From a virus: a stretch of DNA of 51,054 nucleotides. Below are positions 1-7,691 of this stretch, one piece after another. The DNA lies in IMG/VR virus record IMGVR_UViG_3300010352_001565, positions 1-51,054 of that record; one strand, 5' to 3'. A program made the position numbers and the translations under genes. The first letter of the stretch is position 1; every line of letters starts with the position of its first letter. Under the pieces are notes generated by a model. The model worked only from the letters and a program-made list of their open reading frames with translations. It made no database searches and was not told where the DNA came from.

Positions 1-291
1 AGTCGGAGACGGAACACCGTTGCTCCTGGCGCCGAAGCACCCGCCGCTGAAGCACCTGCTGAAACCTCCGAAAGTTCTGCTCCGGTCGCCGAAGCCGAAA
101 CCTCGGAAGCTCCTGCTGAAGCTCCCGCTGGCGACGCCAAAACCAAACCGTCCATCAACCAGAACATCAGCGTCGTCGCTCTGCTTGTCAGTGCGCTGCA
201 GATCGCTGAAGTCGACAGCAAGCCCGGTGCCGAAAGCCGTCGCAAGAAGCTGAACGACCTTCTCCAGGAATACAACCAAGTGATTGGTTAA
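1..291 (+). CDS. 3' end of a gene that starts upstream of the window (frame 1). It has a low-complexity Ala/Glu/Pro-rich region followed by a structured C-terminus (...NQNISVVALLVSALQIAEVDSKPGAESRRKKLNDLLQEYNQVIG*).
   Basis: Frame 1 is open from base 1 to TAA at 289-291 and reads as a plausible protein. The track ORF at 20..253 in another frame reads as K/P/L-rich nonsense. The stop is followed immediately by a strong terminator. Confidence 0.5.
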   Translation, partial: SRRRNTVAPGAEAPAAEAPAETSESSAPVAEAETSEAPAEAPAGDAKTKPSINQNISVVALLVSALQIAEVDSKPGAESRRKKLNDLLQEYNQVIG

Positions 292-323
292 AATTTCCCT
301 TAAAACCACACCCCTCCAATGCC

Positions 324-360
324 GAGAGCCTGGGACTAGTTCCCAGGCTCTTTTTGTTTG
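324..360 (+). terminator. Rho-independent terminator
   Basis: GAGAGCCTGGGA-ctagt-TCCCAGGCTCT hairpin followed by TTTTTGTTTG. Confidence 0.75.
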
Positions 361-1388
361 CGGTTCTATCTAGAGTGCCAAACGTTCAACTAAAAGCACC
401 AGCAAAACCAGAAGAGACTCCGAAGAATGAGCACATCTTTCCGGCTACAAAGCTGACTGAGTACGCCATCAGATGGAAGGAGCTCAATAGCAAGGGCCGA
501 CACCGTGAGGCGTCTGAGCTCCTCGAGTACATCATCATCGAATCTACGGCGATGTTCGAACGGCTGGCTCAGTACGAAGACTTTCACCGCACTGTTGACC
601 TTCCAATTCTCGTCGCCGCGGCGCAAGAAAAGGTGGTCAAGTGGCTTCTGCGCTGGAAGCCAAAGAAAGGAAAGCTCTTCACCTGGTTCTCGAAGTGTGC
701 CAAGAACGCGTTCAGGTCTGAAGTGGTAAAGGTGTCTCAGTACCGCAAGCGCTTCCACGTCACTGGTGACAACCTTGAGAAGTTCTACGGGTTCGAGGAA
801 CATGAGGTTGACAAGCACGACGCGGCAAGGCAGGTGCGCAACCGCCTGTCAGAAATTACGTCGAGATGGGGCTCTCCTGAAGAGATCGGATCGCTGCACT
901 TCCTGACCGAATGCATCATCTCTGACACCCACGACAAGCAATCGGCCATAAAGGGCTGCGCTTACGCATACGGAATTCCTATCGATTTAGCCAAGTTTTT
1001 CTACACCTGGTCGCTTGTGTCTCTACGCGACGTCATGTACGATCAGGTCTATGTTCCTTTCACAGAGCAGGACTTGTTCCGCCACCGGTTCAGCTACACC
1101 CACCTCCCAGACCTTCTCAATATCCTAACGTGGGACCAACTGCGCCGACTCATTGTTACTCGCGGCGGGATGAGGTTCAAGATCCCCACGATTGCCCAGA
1201 TTGCCCAGCTCAAAGAAGACTACAATACCTTCCGGGAGGTAGAAGCCACGGATAAAGATCCTGACTCTATCGCCGCCGTCGCGAAGAATCGAAAGAGAAC
1301 TCCGCGCACAGCGCAGGAAGCTTATGAATCCATGGTCGAAACTTTGAATCCTGACCGCTCTGGAGAATTTCAGGTGTACGAGGATTGA
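354..1388 (+). CDS. gp55-like late sigma factor (sigma-70 region 2-like). The true start is uncertain.
   Basis: TEYAIRWKELNSKG and LFTWFSKCAKNAFRSEVVK resemble T4 gp55 (LQAIIDWKTELANNKD; ITQACFNAFVQRIKK) and the sigma-70 region 2.2-2.3 pattern. The gene sits directly after the terminator. The track start is TTG, and no ATG precedes the conserved region. Confidence 0.5.
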   Translation: MFAVLSRVPNVQLKAPAKPEETPKNEHIFPATKLTEYAIRWKELNSKGRHREASELLEYIIIESTAMFERLAQYEDFHRTVDLPILVAAAQEKVVKWLLRWKPKKGKLFTWFSKCAKNAFRSEVVKVSQYRKRFHVTGDNLEKFYGFEEHEVDKHDAARQVRNRLSEITSRWGSPEEIGSLHFLTECIISDTHDKQSAIKGCAYAYGIPIDLAKFFYTWSLVSLRDVMYDQVYVPFTEQDLFRHRFSYTHLPDLLNILTWDQLRRLIVTRGGMRFKIPTIAQIAQLKEDYNTFREVEATDKDPDSIAAVAKNRKRTPRTAQEAYESMVETLNPDRSGEFQVYED

Positions 1389-1405
1389 TGCGCCTGCCAT
1401 CACCG

Positions 1406-1465
1406 AAATAAATTTACACTTTTTTGCAAAAAAGTGTTTACTTTATATTCACGTACGGTTAGATT
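1406..1465 (+). promoter_or_regulatory. T4-early-type promoter region: AAATAAAT upstream element, a 22-bp perfect palindrome, a GTTTAC -35 at 1436-1441 and TAGATT at 1460-1465.
   Basis: It shares the AAATAAAT-(T)TTACA head with the promoters at 14281, 28492 and 35614. ACACTTTTTTGCAAAAAAGTGT at 1416-1437 is a perfect inverted repeat overlapping the -35. Confidence 0.45.
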
Positions 1466-1483
1466 GTCCATGTTGGTCAAACA

Positions 1484-1505
1484 AAATTTTCGTCAAATTT
1501 TCGTC
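1484..1505 (+). repeat. Tandem direct repeat AAATTTTCGTC x2 ending 4 nt before the ATG at 1510
   Basis: Exact 11-mer duplication read in the sequence. Its position suggests a translational or transcriptional operator. Confidence 0.6.
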
Positions 1506-1509
1506 CTAT

Positions 1510-3021
1510 ATGGCCCAAACTATTACGGAGTTGCTAACCCCGCGTCCAGGTAGCTCGCTCTTCCTCGTATTCAAGGACCCCCACCATCGTCCCCCAGTCT
1601 TAGATGAGATGATGGAAGACATCAATCACGTCATCACGTCTATCGCGACGAGATACACCGATACGAGCTGTCCTCAGCTCCACTTCGAAGACCTCGTCGC
1701 TGAGGGACGGTTCAAGCTCGCAGAGATCATCGACAAAGGCCATCTCAGCCGCCTTCCAAACCGCGTCGAATTCTTCAAATTTTTCAAGACAGCGGTGAAC
1801 AACCACATCAAGGGGTTGGTTCACCGACACAGGTTCACGGTAAAACGCACGGGTCACCGACCTCCTCCTAAAGAAGACCGCTTCAACTTTAATCCAGACA
1901 GCCATGCTGAGTCAGGAAAACCAGTAGAGATCAGCCTTGATGACCCTGATTCACACCTGCAGATAAGCGACAGCGACATCGAGAGCTTCTCTGGAGGCGG
2001 AGGAGTCGGAGATAGCGATCTTCTGGAAGAGATAGAGCAGATCCTTAGTCCGATCGAAAAGCTTGTCATGCGCCAAATGATTGAGCCCAACCCAGAAGCG
2101 CTGACATTTGCCATGGTTGAGTCGCACATGGGGAAGAAACCGAGTTCTGTTAAAATCAAAGTCAGGTATCAGCACATGGCTGATGGTCTCGGTATTGGAA
2201 TTGACCAGTTCACCAAGATCCAAGAGTCAATTAAAACAAAGGTTAGCGAGTTTATGCAACAATCTCAAGCGTCACCAGACGCCATCAAATACAACGTGGC
2301 AATTTCTCAGCTCTCTGAGCTGTTTGGCGTTCAGATTCCTCGCTCGATTGACAAGCTAGTGATTCGCCGACTGCTCACGATCGCCGCACGCGATCAGTTT
2401 GAGAAGGTGAACGCTGACGTTCGAGAGATGCTGGCGACTGTCGGAGCAAAAGCTCCCGATGCGAAAGGTAGCATCCTCTCGTGCTACGGAGTCCTCTACC
2501 AGCGCGGCCACAAAATATGCAGTACGTGCGGAATGCTTGAGTCGTGCAAGACTGAAGCGGCTAACGTGGGTCTCGGAGAGATCACGCTGTCGCCAAAGCT
2601 TCTTGGCACAAAGCAAACGCGAATCCCTATCCTGGTTGCGAGACAACAGCCCAAGCTCCAAGAAGAGCAGAGCAGCATTCCTGCTCCTGACATCTCGTCC
2701 ATCAAAGACGACGGCGCTCCCCTCTCCAGCGAGCGCGACGACGAAATCTTTAATTTCCTCTCAGAGAATTTTCGTCAGGTCAAATACGCGAACGAACCTT
2801 ATTTCAGGCACAAGGAGCTCCCTCCAAGCAAGAAGGTCAAATACATCTTTTGGTTCCATCGCGTCAGCGGAGAACCTATGCAGCTTCGATTCTGCAACCC
2901 TCCTGCCACCATTATCGGGCGCCTTGAAAAGCGCAAGAATGGGTATTATCTTCCAAGCGCCACTCCTGCAAAGGACGCCGCTGAACTGATCAACCTACAC
3001 GCAACTGCCACATTCAAATGA
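1510..3021 (+). CDS. Second gp55-like sigma-region-2 protein, with a ~300-aa C-terminal extension containing a Cys cluster (CYGVLYQRGHKICSTCGMLESC).
   Basis: DLVAEGRFKLAEIIDKGHLSRLPNRVEFFKFFKTAVNNHIKGLV matches the sigma-70 region 2 pattern DLIQEGNIGL..KFD..RG.RFSTYATWWIRQAI. It is paralogous to the 354..1388 product. Confidence 0.55.
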   Translation: MAQTITELLTPRPGSSLFLVFKDPHHRPPVLDEMMEDINHVITSIATRYTDTSCPQLHFEDLVAEGRFKLAEIIDKGHLSRLPNRVEFFKFFKTAVNNHIKGLVHRHRFTVKRTGHRPPPKEDRFNFNPDSHAESGKPVEISLDDPDSHLQISDSDIESFSGGGGVGDSDLLEEIEQILSPIEKLVMRQMIEPNPEALTFAMVESHMGKKPSSVKIKVRYQHMADGLGIGIDQFTKIQESIKTKVSEFMQQSQASPDAIKYNVAISQLSELFGVQIPRSIDKLVIRRLLTIAARDQFEKVNADVREMLATVGAKAPDAKGSILSCYGVLYQRGHKICSTCGMLESCKTEAANVGLGEITLSPKLLGTKQTRIPILVARQQPKLQEEQSSIPAPDISSIKDDGAPLSSERDDEIFNFLSENFRQVKYANEPYFRHKELPPSKKVKYIFWFHRVSGEPMQLRFCNPPATIIGRLEKRKNGYYLPSATPAKDAAELINLHATATFK

Positions 3022-3308
3022 AATCTGAGACAGCCCTAAGAGAGGTCGGATTCTTCAAGCCGATAGACGCGGTCCTTGCGGCGATCATATCGCTCGCGGT
3101 CATCACAGCCTTCGTGCTCATGATCTGCGGCGCGAAGTGGTCTAGCCTTGCGGTGGCCGTTGCTTGCATAATCGTGACGCAGCTCTGGATTGTGTCACTG
3201 GTTTACAGGTGCAATTGGTACGTGATCAAGGTGTGGGCAGACGTTAAGATGATGCCCGCTGATGCTGCGAAACTGGCCGTCGGCTTTATCCAGCGAGGAG
3301 GAGAGTGA
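3018..3308 (+). CDS. Small two-TM membrane protein
   Basis: There are two long hydrophobic segments (AVLAAIISLAVITAFVLMICG; LAVAVACIIVTQLWIVSLVY). The ATGA start overlaps the stop of the upstream gene. Confidence 0.45.
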   Translation: MKSETALREVGFFKPIDAVLAAIISLAVITAFVLMICGAKWSSLAVAVACIIVTQLWIVSLVYRCNWYVIKVWADVKMMPADAAKLAVGFIQRGGE

Positions 3309-3997
3309 AAGATCTCTTTTTAGAGCGCGTCGCAGTTAGCATAGCGGATGCCGCTCGCGAATACTCTGGACTGTCTGTATTTTCAGATCCTGACATGGCG
3401 CGTCGCTGCCAGGTTGCGATGGGAAACCGTCAAGACATCAGCGACGACGCCCTGTCAGATCTAAATCTCGCTTTCGCGCCAAGAACTCCTCAAATAGCGC
3501 GGCAAGGCAGGTTGCTTTCGTGCTTCTGGAAAACCTATCCGTTCGCGCTTTCAAACGCACTCAGCAGACTGCTTGTCAATCCTCCATCTGACATCAACCC
3601 TGGAGAAGGATTTTCAATGACTCTTAAGACCCAGTCGTGGGTTGAAGGAATTCATGGTGCGTGCATATTTAACAGAGAGCTCACACCAATAGAGGTAGTT
3701 TCAATACCAGGGGCGTTCTCGTCTTTTTTCGACGACGTTACTGTTTTTTGGGACTACGGATTTGGAGAGGATTGGTTCCTCGGAACTAGCGTGGTTGTGG
3801 ACCGAATTATGCCAGGGTCAACGGTGACTCTTGTTCGACCGAGCGCGCATCACAACACCTGGATCGGTTGGAGTGGAATCGACCTGTCGTTTAAAAGACT
3901 CCTAGCGAGCATCAACAGCAAGTACAAGCTTCGCGAGCTGTCCGTGAACACGGTCGGAAACATCGAAGTTGCCATACTTGGAGTTGAAGCAAAATGA
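3305..3997 (+). CDS. Hypothetical protein
   Basis: 230-aa ORF with a GTG start overlapping the upstream stop and an ATGA junction to the next gene. No recognisable motif. Confidence 0.4.
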   Translation: MKDLFLERVAVSIADAAREYSGLSVFSDPDMARRCQVAMGNRQDISDDALSDLNLAFAPRTPQIARQGRLLSCFWKTYPFALSNALSRLLVNPPSDINPGEGFSMTLKTQSWVEGIHGACIFNRELTPIEVVSIPGAFSSFFDDVTVFWDYGFGEDWFLGTSVVVDRIMPGSTVTLVRPSAHHNTWIGWSGIDLSFKRLLASINSKYKLRELSVNTVGNIEVAILGVEAK

Positions 3998-5727
3998 GAC
4001 TTGGAGATTCTGGAGAAAGTGTACGTCAGCTGCAACAGTGCCTTAACCTCATAGGTGAAAGGGTCCCAGTGTCGGGACACTACTGCCAGCGGACAAAAGC
4101 GGCAGTAATGAGGTTCCAGCAGGCGAACGGGCTTCAGCAGGACGGCATTGTTTCTCAGAAGATATGTGACATGATGGTTCGACAGGCAGACACTCATCGC
4201 CTGAACCCTCCTGTCCGCGTGGAGCCGACGCCTGAAAAGAGGGAAGAAATGGGACGAGGCGTCTGGTCTGAATTCTCCCTGGATGGCCTTCCTGGCCTCC
4301 AGATTGTCATTACGGCTCACAACGCTGGCCCCTGGATAACCGATTGCCTCCTGAGCGTAAAACGCGCCATGCGTCATTTAAAGAGCGGGTGGAAAGTCCT
4401 GGTGGCTGATGACTCCAGCACGGATCACACGTACGCTCTCGTTTCTGAGCTTAATGGCCAATTTCCATCCCTGACTATAAAACGCTTTCCAAAATCTCGC
4501 AGCGTTGGCGCGGCAAGAAACAAGGCCATCAGCATGGCCATGGGCGACTCGACCAGAGAGTTTCCTGCCATCTGCATGGTTGACGCTGACGACACGCTGT
4601 CTGAGGACCACGGCACTCTGCTTCGCGCGATGGTAGACTCTGGAAGCCTTGCGGTCTTTGGCGACTATTTCAAAGGAAACGAACTCGTCATCGCCGCTCC
4701 TGAAAATCAGGTCCGAGGGAACATCAAATGTGGCGCGGTAATGTTCCACCACAGCCTCATTCCAGGAAACGGAGCTCTGTTTCGCGAAGACTTAGAGATC
4801 AACGAAGAAGCTGCTTTGTGGATGTCGTGGTTTAAGCGCGAGATCAACATGAAGGCCTGTCCTGGAACAGTGGTCTACAACTATAACATTCACGATGGGT
4901 CGGCGTCGAACCCGCTGGATTTGCAGTTTAAAGAGGCTGCGCTTAAAAAGTGGGCCTCGATAAGAACGTCCATCATGGACGCAGGAACTTCAATTTGCGA
5001 GCCTCTCGTGTCTTGCTTGATGCTGACCGGAAAATGCCCAGAACGGTTGCCGTTGGCCCGCGTCGCCATTCGCTGCTTTCTCGATCAGACGTGGCACAAC
5101 AAGCAGCTGGTGATTATCAATCACGGGGACACCCCTCTATCAACAGGAGATCCACGCGTTGTCGAAGTGATGACGACAAAAGGACCTGATGTTTCTCTTG
5201 GCGATTTGAGAAACATGAGCATCGACGCCGCCAGCGGAGAATGGTGCGTGCAGTGGGATGACGACGACTGGCACCACCCTACGCGCATTGCCCAGCAGAT
5301 GAAGGAAGCCAGGCATGACGCTCTGGTGACCTATCTCTGGCAGATCAGGTTGAACCTGGTCACCGGCTCGGCGTTTTATGACAAGATGGAAGGAGGTCAG
5401 CACATGTCGGTGCTATTCCACAGGTCAGTGGCTCACCGCTATCTAAAGCTTGAACGAGCAGAGGACACCGCTTTTGTAAAGAGCTTTAGCAGAATTATCG
5501 CAATTGATAACTCCATTCTAAACCCGTTCACAGACCCACTTCAGTACGTCAGGACTTACCACGGAAGAAACATCTGGGATGCATCACACATTATGCGCGG
5601 AAGCGACCAGAAGAACGTTGACCACCCCGCTGAGATGAAGCTGACGGAGTACCACGCCGACAAGGTGCGTGGTATTATTGAAACCTACCAGATCCAGCCA
5701 GGTTACACGGCTGGAACGAATGTGTAG
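3994..5727 (+). CDS. Peptidoglycan-binding domain fused to two GT-A (family 2-like) glycosyltransferase domains
   Basis: N-terminal GDSGESVRQLQQCLNLIG...QDGIVSQKICDMM fits the PG_binding_1 pattern. VITAHNAGPWITDCLLS...VLVADDSSTDHT...GAARNKAI...DADD is a GT2 signature. A second GT-like unit follows (VSCLMLTGKCPERL...WDDDDWHHP). Confidence 0.7.
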   Translation: MRLGDSGESVRQLQQCLNLIGERVPVSGHYCQRTKAAVMRFQQANGLQQDGIVSQKICDMMVRQADTHRLNPPVRVEPTPEKREEMGRGVWSEFSLDGLPGLQIVITAHNAGPWITDCLLSVKRAMRHLKSGWKVLVADDSSTDHTYALVSELNGQFPSLTIKRFPKSRSVGAARNKAISMAMGDSTREFPAICMVDADDTLSEDHGTLLRAMVDSGSLAVFGDYFKGNELVIAAPENQVRGNIKCGAVMFHHSLIPGNGALFREDLEINEEAALWMSWFKREINMKACPGTVVYNYNIHDGSASNPLDLQFKEAALKKWASIRTSIMDAGTSICEPLVSCLMLTGKCPERLPLARVAIRCFLDQTWHNKQLVIINHGDTPLSTGDPRVVEVMTTKGPDVSLGDLRNMSIDAASGEWCVQWDDDDWHHPTRIAQQMKEARHDALVTYLWQIRLNLVTGSAFYDKMEGGQHMSVLFHRSVAHRYLKLERAEDTAFVKSFSRIIAIDNSILNPFTDPLQYVRTYHGRNIWDASHIMRGSDQKNVDHPAEMKLTEYHADKVRGIIETYQIQPGYTAGTNV

Positions 5728-6587
5728 CGGTTAAGCGCCGTCGTGCTGATTCCCTCACCATCTCTTCCACCCGCGACTAGAGGTGTCTCTAAGCTAAATT
5801 TACGGTAAGGATTAGTAGTCGCGTAGAGAGGACCTACTTGAGACATCACCATTGACGCAATGGCGTCGGCGCGGCCTCGTTCAGGTCCTTGGAGAGACGT
5901 TTCGACTTCTTGGTGCGCAAGAAATTTATGGTCGACATCGACACACAGCACGTCTGATCCTTCAAACTTCAGCAAACCTGCCATGCGAGCGCGGTGAGTG
6001 TAGTCGCAGTGCTCTTCTCCAAACTTACCGAAGCGGGTGTCAAAGTAGCCGATTCGGTCAACCAGGTCGCGCGTGATTGAGATGGCGATTCCGGTCATTC
6101 GAGAAAGTATCTTGACAGTGTACCCATTCGACCTCGCAGATCTCCATCGATATGAGTCAGACGTGAAGTCGCAAAAGCAAAACATTCCAATTCCAAGGTC
6201 AGCGTGTGCTTTTCGATAGAAATCCTCGAAAGGACCACGAACCTCGATGTCATCGTTTATTATCACGAGGTGATCCGCTCTAATATGGCGCATCCACGCA
6301 ATCGCTTTGTTGGACTGAGCTGCCACACCGAGGTTTCTCCTTCCCATGAAAACTGAAATGTTCGGAAGCCACCCTGTGTACTGATCACTTTCGATGGAGT
6401 CAGCAAATCCTGACTTGACCTTTGAACCGCGAGTCAGCAGCGACTCGGTCTCATCCATTCCACCGCAGTCCTCAAAGACGGCCACGGGTGTTTTTCCGCA
6501 GTGGTCTTTGAGGCCTTTTAGGCAGGTTGCGAGTGATTCGACGCGGTTATATGTTAAAACGGCGATGGCTGACTTTGCACTGGTCAT
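5703..6587 (-). CDS. Glycosyltransferase family 2-like
   Basis: IAVLTYNRVESLATCLKGL...VFEDCGG...VIINDDIEV is a GT-A N-terminal signature. Its 3' end overlaps the previous gene by 25 nt (convergent). Confidence 0.65.
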   Translation of the reverse strand: MTSAKSAIAVLTYNRVESLATCLKGLKDHCGKTPVAVFEDCGGMDETESLLTRGSKVKSGFADSIESDQYTGWLPNISVFMGRRNLGVAAQSNKAIAWMRHIRADHLVIINDDIEVRGPFEDFYRKAHADLGIGMFCFCDFTSDSYRWRSARSNGYTVKILSRMTGIAISITRDLVDRIGYFDTRFGKFGEEHCDYTHRARMAGLLKFEGSDVLCVDVDHKFLAHQEVETSLQGPERGRADAIASMVMSQVGPLYATTNPYRKFSLETPLVAGGRDGEGISTTALNRYTFVPAV

Positions 6588-6623
6588 GGAGTGTAGAACT
6601 GACCGCTGTCCTGTAGCTAGGCT

Positions 6624-7316
6624 GTGAATAACGTTTCTAGAATAATCGGAGAAATGACATCGGCAAGCGGAGTTCCAGCTGTTGACGGACCTCCTATCGG
6701 AGTCGCGTCTAGCAAGCGCTTCAGCTTTCGCCGACGCAAACCAGCTGGTAACGCTGGCAAGGTCATTGGTGAAGATGGAAATGACGAGCCGATTATTCCT
6801 AAAGATGCCCGCGAGATTGAACTTGAGGTTGAAGTCGGAAGCCCTAATCAGAGCACCCAGGATAACAGCAGCGACAACGATCCTGGAGACCTCATTAACC
6901 CATCCTCCGCGCTCGTAGCCCCTGACGTTACACCCGACGCAATGAAGCCCATTGACCCATCAATGGTGCCTCCTCCGAAACAAGATCCAGCCATCAGCGT
7001 CGTGCTTGGTCAGCAGCCTCAGACTCCGGCTTCTGCGACTCCAGTCCCTGCTCCTCAGCCTTCTGCTCCTGCTCCTGCGGTAATCACTCCTCAAAATCCA
7101 GTCGAGTCTATCAACTGGAGATCCATGGTTGGAAAGTCAGTCAGCGAATCGGCGCCTGCAAGCCTTCCAGGAATCCCTACCATCGCGTCACTCGGAGAGA
7201 GCCAGTCTGCCATTCCAACTGGAGACGCAGCCCTTAACGCGAATGCTCCGATGCCCGCACCTGTTCAGGCCCAGCCTGGTAAGGTGATCGATGCATTCAG
7301 GAGATTTGTGGGTTGA
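6624..7316 (+). CDS. Intrinsically disordered Pro/Ala/Ser-rich protein
   Basis: Low-complexity PASATPVPAPQPSAPAPA stretches. The start may be at the internal MTSASG. Confidence 0.35.
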   Translation: MNNVSRIIGEMTSASGVPAVDGPPIGVASSKRFSFRRRKPAGNAGKVIGEDGNDEPIIPKDAREIELEVEVGSPNQSTQDNSSDNDPGDLINPSSALVAPDVTPDAMKPIDPSMVPPPKQDPAISVVLGQQPQTPASATPVPAPQPSAPAPAVITPQNPVESINWRSMVGKSVSESAPASLPGIPTIASLGESQSAIPTGDAALNANAPMPAPVQAQPGKVIDAFRRFVG

Positions 7317-7600
7317 TAGAGAAGACCTACATTGTAAGCCCGACAACTACCCCTCAGGGGCTCCACGTCGAAATAGAGCGCGAGCCCTTCATGGAGTGGT
7401 TCACGTTCAAGCTGTCTAACGGGCACACCGAAGACCTTGAGCCAGATGAAGCTAGGACGTGGTTCAGAGATCGCGGCGCAAACATGGAAGCCGTTGAAAA
7501 GGCACTAGATTACGCATGGAACTTCTATCACGCGGAGGTTTACATCGCGAACCCGAAAGAGCCTACGTTTAGCAATCCGCGCTTGCGCCCGTCCATCTAG
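7313..7600 (+). CDS. Hypothetical small protein
   Basis: 95-aa ORF coupled to the upstream gene by start/stop overlap. Confidence 0.4.
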   Translation: MIEKTYIVSPTTTPQGLHVEIEREPFMEWFTFKLSNGHTEDLEPDEARTWFRDRGANMEAVEKALDYAWNFYHAEVYIANPKEPTFSNPRLRPSI

Positions 7601-7691
7601 CTCGCCATAACGGTAGAGATTGATCATCAACCCTCTGAGGCGTGAATGGGGAGTGCCCCTTAGCTGAACGTGGTAAACAAACAGTTATCGC

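Noticed and set aside
20-253. Track ORF (77 aa, K/P/L-rich) at the window start
   Set aside because: Wrong frame: frame 1 (1..291) gives a far more protein-like product ending right at the terminator.
7648-7665. GGGGAGTGCCCC hairpin after the 7313..7600 gene as a terminator
   Set aside because: It is not followed by a T-run (TTAGCTG), so at most a weak or processing signal.
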